Origin: Ostrea edulis
Lineage: Eukaryota
DNA: 64,000 nucleotides
Assembly (NCBI RefSeq): GCF_947568905.1
Contig: NC_079173.1
Location: 38,378,001-38,442,000, forward strand
Reading direction: 5' to 3'
Shown: one piece after another, positions 60,201-64,000 of the stretch
Numbering within the stretch: the stretch's first letter is position 1
Layout of the letters: the number at the start of each line of letters is the position of its first letter
Position numbers and translations under genes: made by a program
The notes under the pieces: generated by a model
What the model was told of the DNA's origin: nothing
The model's input: the letters and a program-made list of their open reading frames with translations, nothing else
Databases searched by the model: none

Positions 60201-62074
60201 ATCTGTACCTATGATAATTGAATGTATCATTTGTAAAAATATAGTTTTCTAATTTTCGTTATAACAGAATTTTCTTATATTTTTATTATTATTTTCAACA
60301 TTCTGTAAATAGTTCATGGTGTATCTTCATAATATATACATGTAATATAAAATTACAGAAGTGTTTATTTCTTTTAGAGAGAGAAAGAAGGAGAAAAAGG
60401 GAAAGAGAAAGAGCTATGAAAATGTCTGGTTCCATCTGTTCCAAAGGGCATCACAATCTTCAGTATCAGAATTTTTATAAGAATTGAATTTTTGTGTTTC
60501 ATAGAATAACTTAAAAATGATGTTGCAAAACGCACACTCAAACTTTTCTTTGTACAGTTTGCTGTATAAATATAATACTTTAACCAAAGGATGAGAATAT
60601 TTTGTATACCTTTGTTTTTCTCAAGGATGCTTACTATAAATCACAGAATTCAATGTCGTCTAACGAAATTCAATCTCGTCTCACAAACCTAACTATTGTC
60701 AGAATTTGCCTCAGTTGTCTTTGCAGGTTAGTTTATATAATCCATATTAATGTAGTTTGTTAACTACAGCCCATTAAGGTCAAATATAATTAATTTGTGT
60801 CCACCCAATATTAGATTTCGAGTTCGAAATCATAAAAGTCTCATATCCCCACAATATCAAACACGAGAATTCGATTCCTTTAACCACGATTTATCTTTGT
60901 TCTAACAATAATTCCCAATCATTTGTTGATTAGATATTTTCCAATGAACTCGAATTAAGAACACCACATAACCCTCCACATTTGTTTTATGCTTATATAG
61001 TTTCCATTACAGAACGGTTTCCATTAATGGTAAACGAACAGTTTAACTTTTTGGCATATCAGATTTTAGGTTCTCTATCCCCAGCTTCCTATATATGTGT
61101 CTCCCAACTGATTCAATGTTAAACTGCAAATTCTGCTTTTGATTATTTTGTTGTTGTAATTTTGCACAGACGAAAACACGTTTCCAAACTAAATCCTTAC
61201 ATGAAAAGAATATACGGTCGGCAATGTTTCATATGTAGAAATTTCTTCAAAATATATCCCAATATCAACTTACATTCACCGAATTTATCTCAAACTATGA
61301 AATGATTGCTATTTTTGATAGTATTTTAATCAGAGCCTTTTGTGCTTTTAGGAAATGTGATCTATCAACTAATCTCAGAATAGATAGTTATTTGGGCAAA
61401 ATGAATGTCTCAAAGTTTTAGTTCATCAACACGTAGTCGGCTTTGAAAGATGACTATAGTAGTTTATGATTCAAACTCGGTACTTACAATTTAATCACCA
61501 AAATAACATCAGAAACGAACAATATAAAACATATAAATCAGGAAACACATCAGTTTGACCTATACATGTAATTCTTCAAAGGTGTATATCACAATTCCGC
61601 ATTTCTAAAACTTAATATTACTGAGACGAGGTATAAGAGTTATGAGATTGACCACTGTTCGTTATCTTTGCTTTTTCATTCATAGCATTGTTGTTTTACA
61701 GCTTTGCTGATCTTCGGATCTTCGGCAAGAAGTGAATTTTATTTGCCTTTCTAAATATGAAATCTAATGAGTGTTTTTCCTATCTTCAGTAACCTTTATT
61801 TCAAGCGGTAATATTAGGAGCGTTTGGATCATATATATGATAGTTCCAAAGCTCCGTGTTTACCCTCTATAAACTTTATGTTTGATGAAAATAAAATTGA
61901 TCTTTGTTCATTATCTTCACTTGTCAATTGATCACCGTTAGGAATCTTCACTTTTTGATTTTAAATAATGAATCACACAGCATGATTTATTGTGATATCA
62001 GAAATACTATCATTGACACAAACAAAATCACACACACTATTATGATATATAAGATGATCGACGGTTGCAATTCA

Positions 62075-62260
62075 AAGGAATCATCAACAGGGGATGCTTA
62101 CTCCTCCTAGGCACATGATCCCACCTCTGGTGTGTCCAGGGCTCCGTGTTTGTCTGATCCCACCTCTGGTTTGTCCAGGGGTCCGTTTTTGCCCAACTAT
62201 ATATTTTGTATTGCTTATAGGAGTTATGAGATTTATCACCGTTCGTTATCTTCACCTTGT
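62075..62260 (+). mobile_element. Penelope-like 3' UTR fragment with an internal ~33-bp duplication
   Basis: GGGGATGCTTACTCCTCCTAGGCACATGATCCCACCTCTGGTGTGTCCAGGGCTCCGTGTTTGTCTGATCCCACCTCTGGTTTGTCCAGGGGTCCG. Confidence 0.75.
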
Positions 62261-64000
62261 ATTAATAAGAATATCATGATCAGAAATAGGTTTTGTATTA
62301 TTCCCATGGTAAGATACAACTATTAATAACGTTTTCAAATGTGTTCACTTTTCCTATAATTACTCTCATTAACATGATTCATTTAGTATACACACATATT
62401 GTAAACATTTAGATAGCATCACAGGACTACACTTGATAACATTTGTATTTAACTCAGAATCGTAAAAAAAATCTGATTAGTCTTAATCGGTCAACGGTAA
62501 ATGCTGAAACACATTATTCTGGAAACGGATTCGTTGGGCGAGGAAATGGTACGTGCACTGAATACGGTTTTAAACACTAAAATTAGATCAATCAATTACT
62601 ATTTATTTATTTTCTAATAATGATATAACCATATGTCGATTCGAAATGATCCAGTCAACCCGAAATAAGACAGCCACATAATTTTCCTTTTTTTTACATT
62701 TAGGTTTCTTTCGTTGAAGAACGGAGATGATAAGTGTATACGAAAACATTTTTTGTTTTCGTTTGGAAAATGGGATAATTCCAGTTTTTCCACTGTGAGC
62801 TTCATTCAGTAATGTATATGTGACAATCTTTCAATATCATCTGCTTATCATATTCATGTCTCCCAACAAATTCAATACACAGACTCATATTCTGCTTTTG
62901 ATTAAATTGGTAAGTAATTTCTCACTGACACAAAAACAAGTTTCCAAACTATAATTCTAAATCAAAATAGATGTACGGTTTGTAATACTTTTTATGCAAA
63001 TCGTTAAAATACGTGACCCAAAGTCAAATAATAAACTACTGACCTATGTGTATCTCAAAGTATAATAGAAGTGTTTACTCAATATTAAAAGATTTTGATG
63101 ATATTTTCATCAATGTATTTTGTGGTTATAGGAAATGTGACTTATCACCTATTCTTACAATTAACAGGTATGTTGACAAGATACATTTTGCCTGTACCCA
63201 TAGGTAGATACATAATCTAAATGCGTATCAAGATACGCAGGGTCAGTTCTGTATTCGTTTTTCAGGTTTTACCAATGCTGTTAAGAATATTGTTTTATCT
63301 ACGTTGATAAATGTAAATCTGCATCTTTTTACTCGAAAATTAATGTTTCAAACGCTGGATTTGATCTGTGGTATTTCTAGAGGTCTCTGGATACCCTTCT
63401 TTAAAGTTTGTAATTCATGGTTTTTTTTTTTAAAATTGATTACAGTTGATTATGTTCACTTATTCATTGATCACAGTTTGACATCTTGACCTCATCATCT
63501 AAACTAAGCAATTTCACACTATAACTTATCGGGATGTCAGATATTGTACTTTTTTATCAGTGACGTATATGACAATACTTACACTTTAATTATCGATGAG
63601 GTATGTAACAACGAGTACTTCATTAGTCTATGTAAATATAATATAGATCATGTTTATTGACAGGGGATGTGAAAAATAGAAAATGCTTAGACATAGGGAA
63701 TGGGTATTGTGACATTGAATTGCAAGTGCTAAAAATCATCAATACGGTAAGTACATCTAGTGATAGAATTGATATGTATTTCAGAACACATAATGTTTTT
63801 CCAGAAGCCAACATAACATAATGATGATCATGTCCTAAACCGTCAGCTGTGAACTCATGCTACGGAGGGAACTTCGTGAGTCGTACCAGATATATTACGC
63901 AAAAATGAATAGTTTGAAGTCTGCAGTGTTTGGGGGAACTATAAAGATCATGAGTGATCTAGAGGAGGATTGACCAAAATTGTCTAAATTCATTTCTGGG

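Noticed and set aside
61488-61559. 72-bp AG/GT-bounded segment as another LRR exon
   Set aside because: All three frames contain stops and there is no LRR pattern.
16350-63814. The many 60-130 aa ORFs in the AT-rich host region
   Set aside because: They show low-complexity F/I/L/Y/K composition typical of random AT-rich DNA, often start at non-ATG codons, and paralogous pairs only reflect the duplication.

Overview
This is eukaryotic, AT-rich, repeat-dense genomic DNA. The repeat families I recognise (MetaSINE-like SINEs with (CAAT)n tails, Penelope-like RT relics, a minimal-hammerhead repeat) point to a bivalve, probably a true oyster; that assignment is inference. (1) Bases 1-7514 are the right-hand part of a decaying Polinton/Maverick (adintovirus-like endogenous virus). 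All six genes are on the minus strand: a protein-primed PolB with 4 frameshifts and 1 nonsense codon, an intact intronless BIR+RING inhibitor-of-apoptosis gene, an A32-type packaging ATPase, two related basic proteins (one with a Lys-rich tail and a C2H2 finger), and a disrupted conserved ORF running off the left edge. Five of the genes have a TATA(-like) box with a TCAxT initiator 29-32 nt downstream, and the element ends in ACTACT. (2) At 10091-10427 is a ~306-bp retrozyme-like monomer with a well-formed minimal type I hammerhead ribozyme on the minus strand. (3) A ~14-15 kb tandem segmental duplication (12.4-26.2 kb vs 27.2-42.4 kb) carries copy-specific insertions and VNTRs. (4) A 1.4-kb local duplication has a 13x33-bp array in one copy. 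(5) The right end has remnants of a leucine-rich-repeat gene among many Penelope-like RT relics. I found no rRNA, true tRNA or CRISPR array. All alignments and identities were judged by eye; no searches were run.
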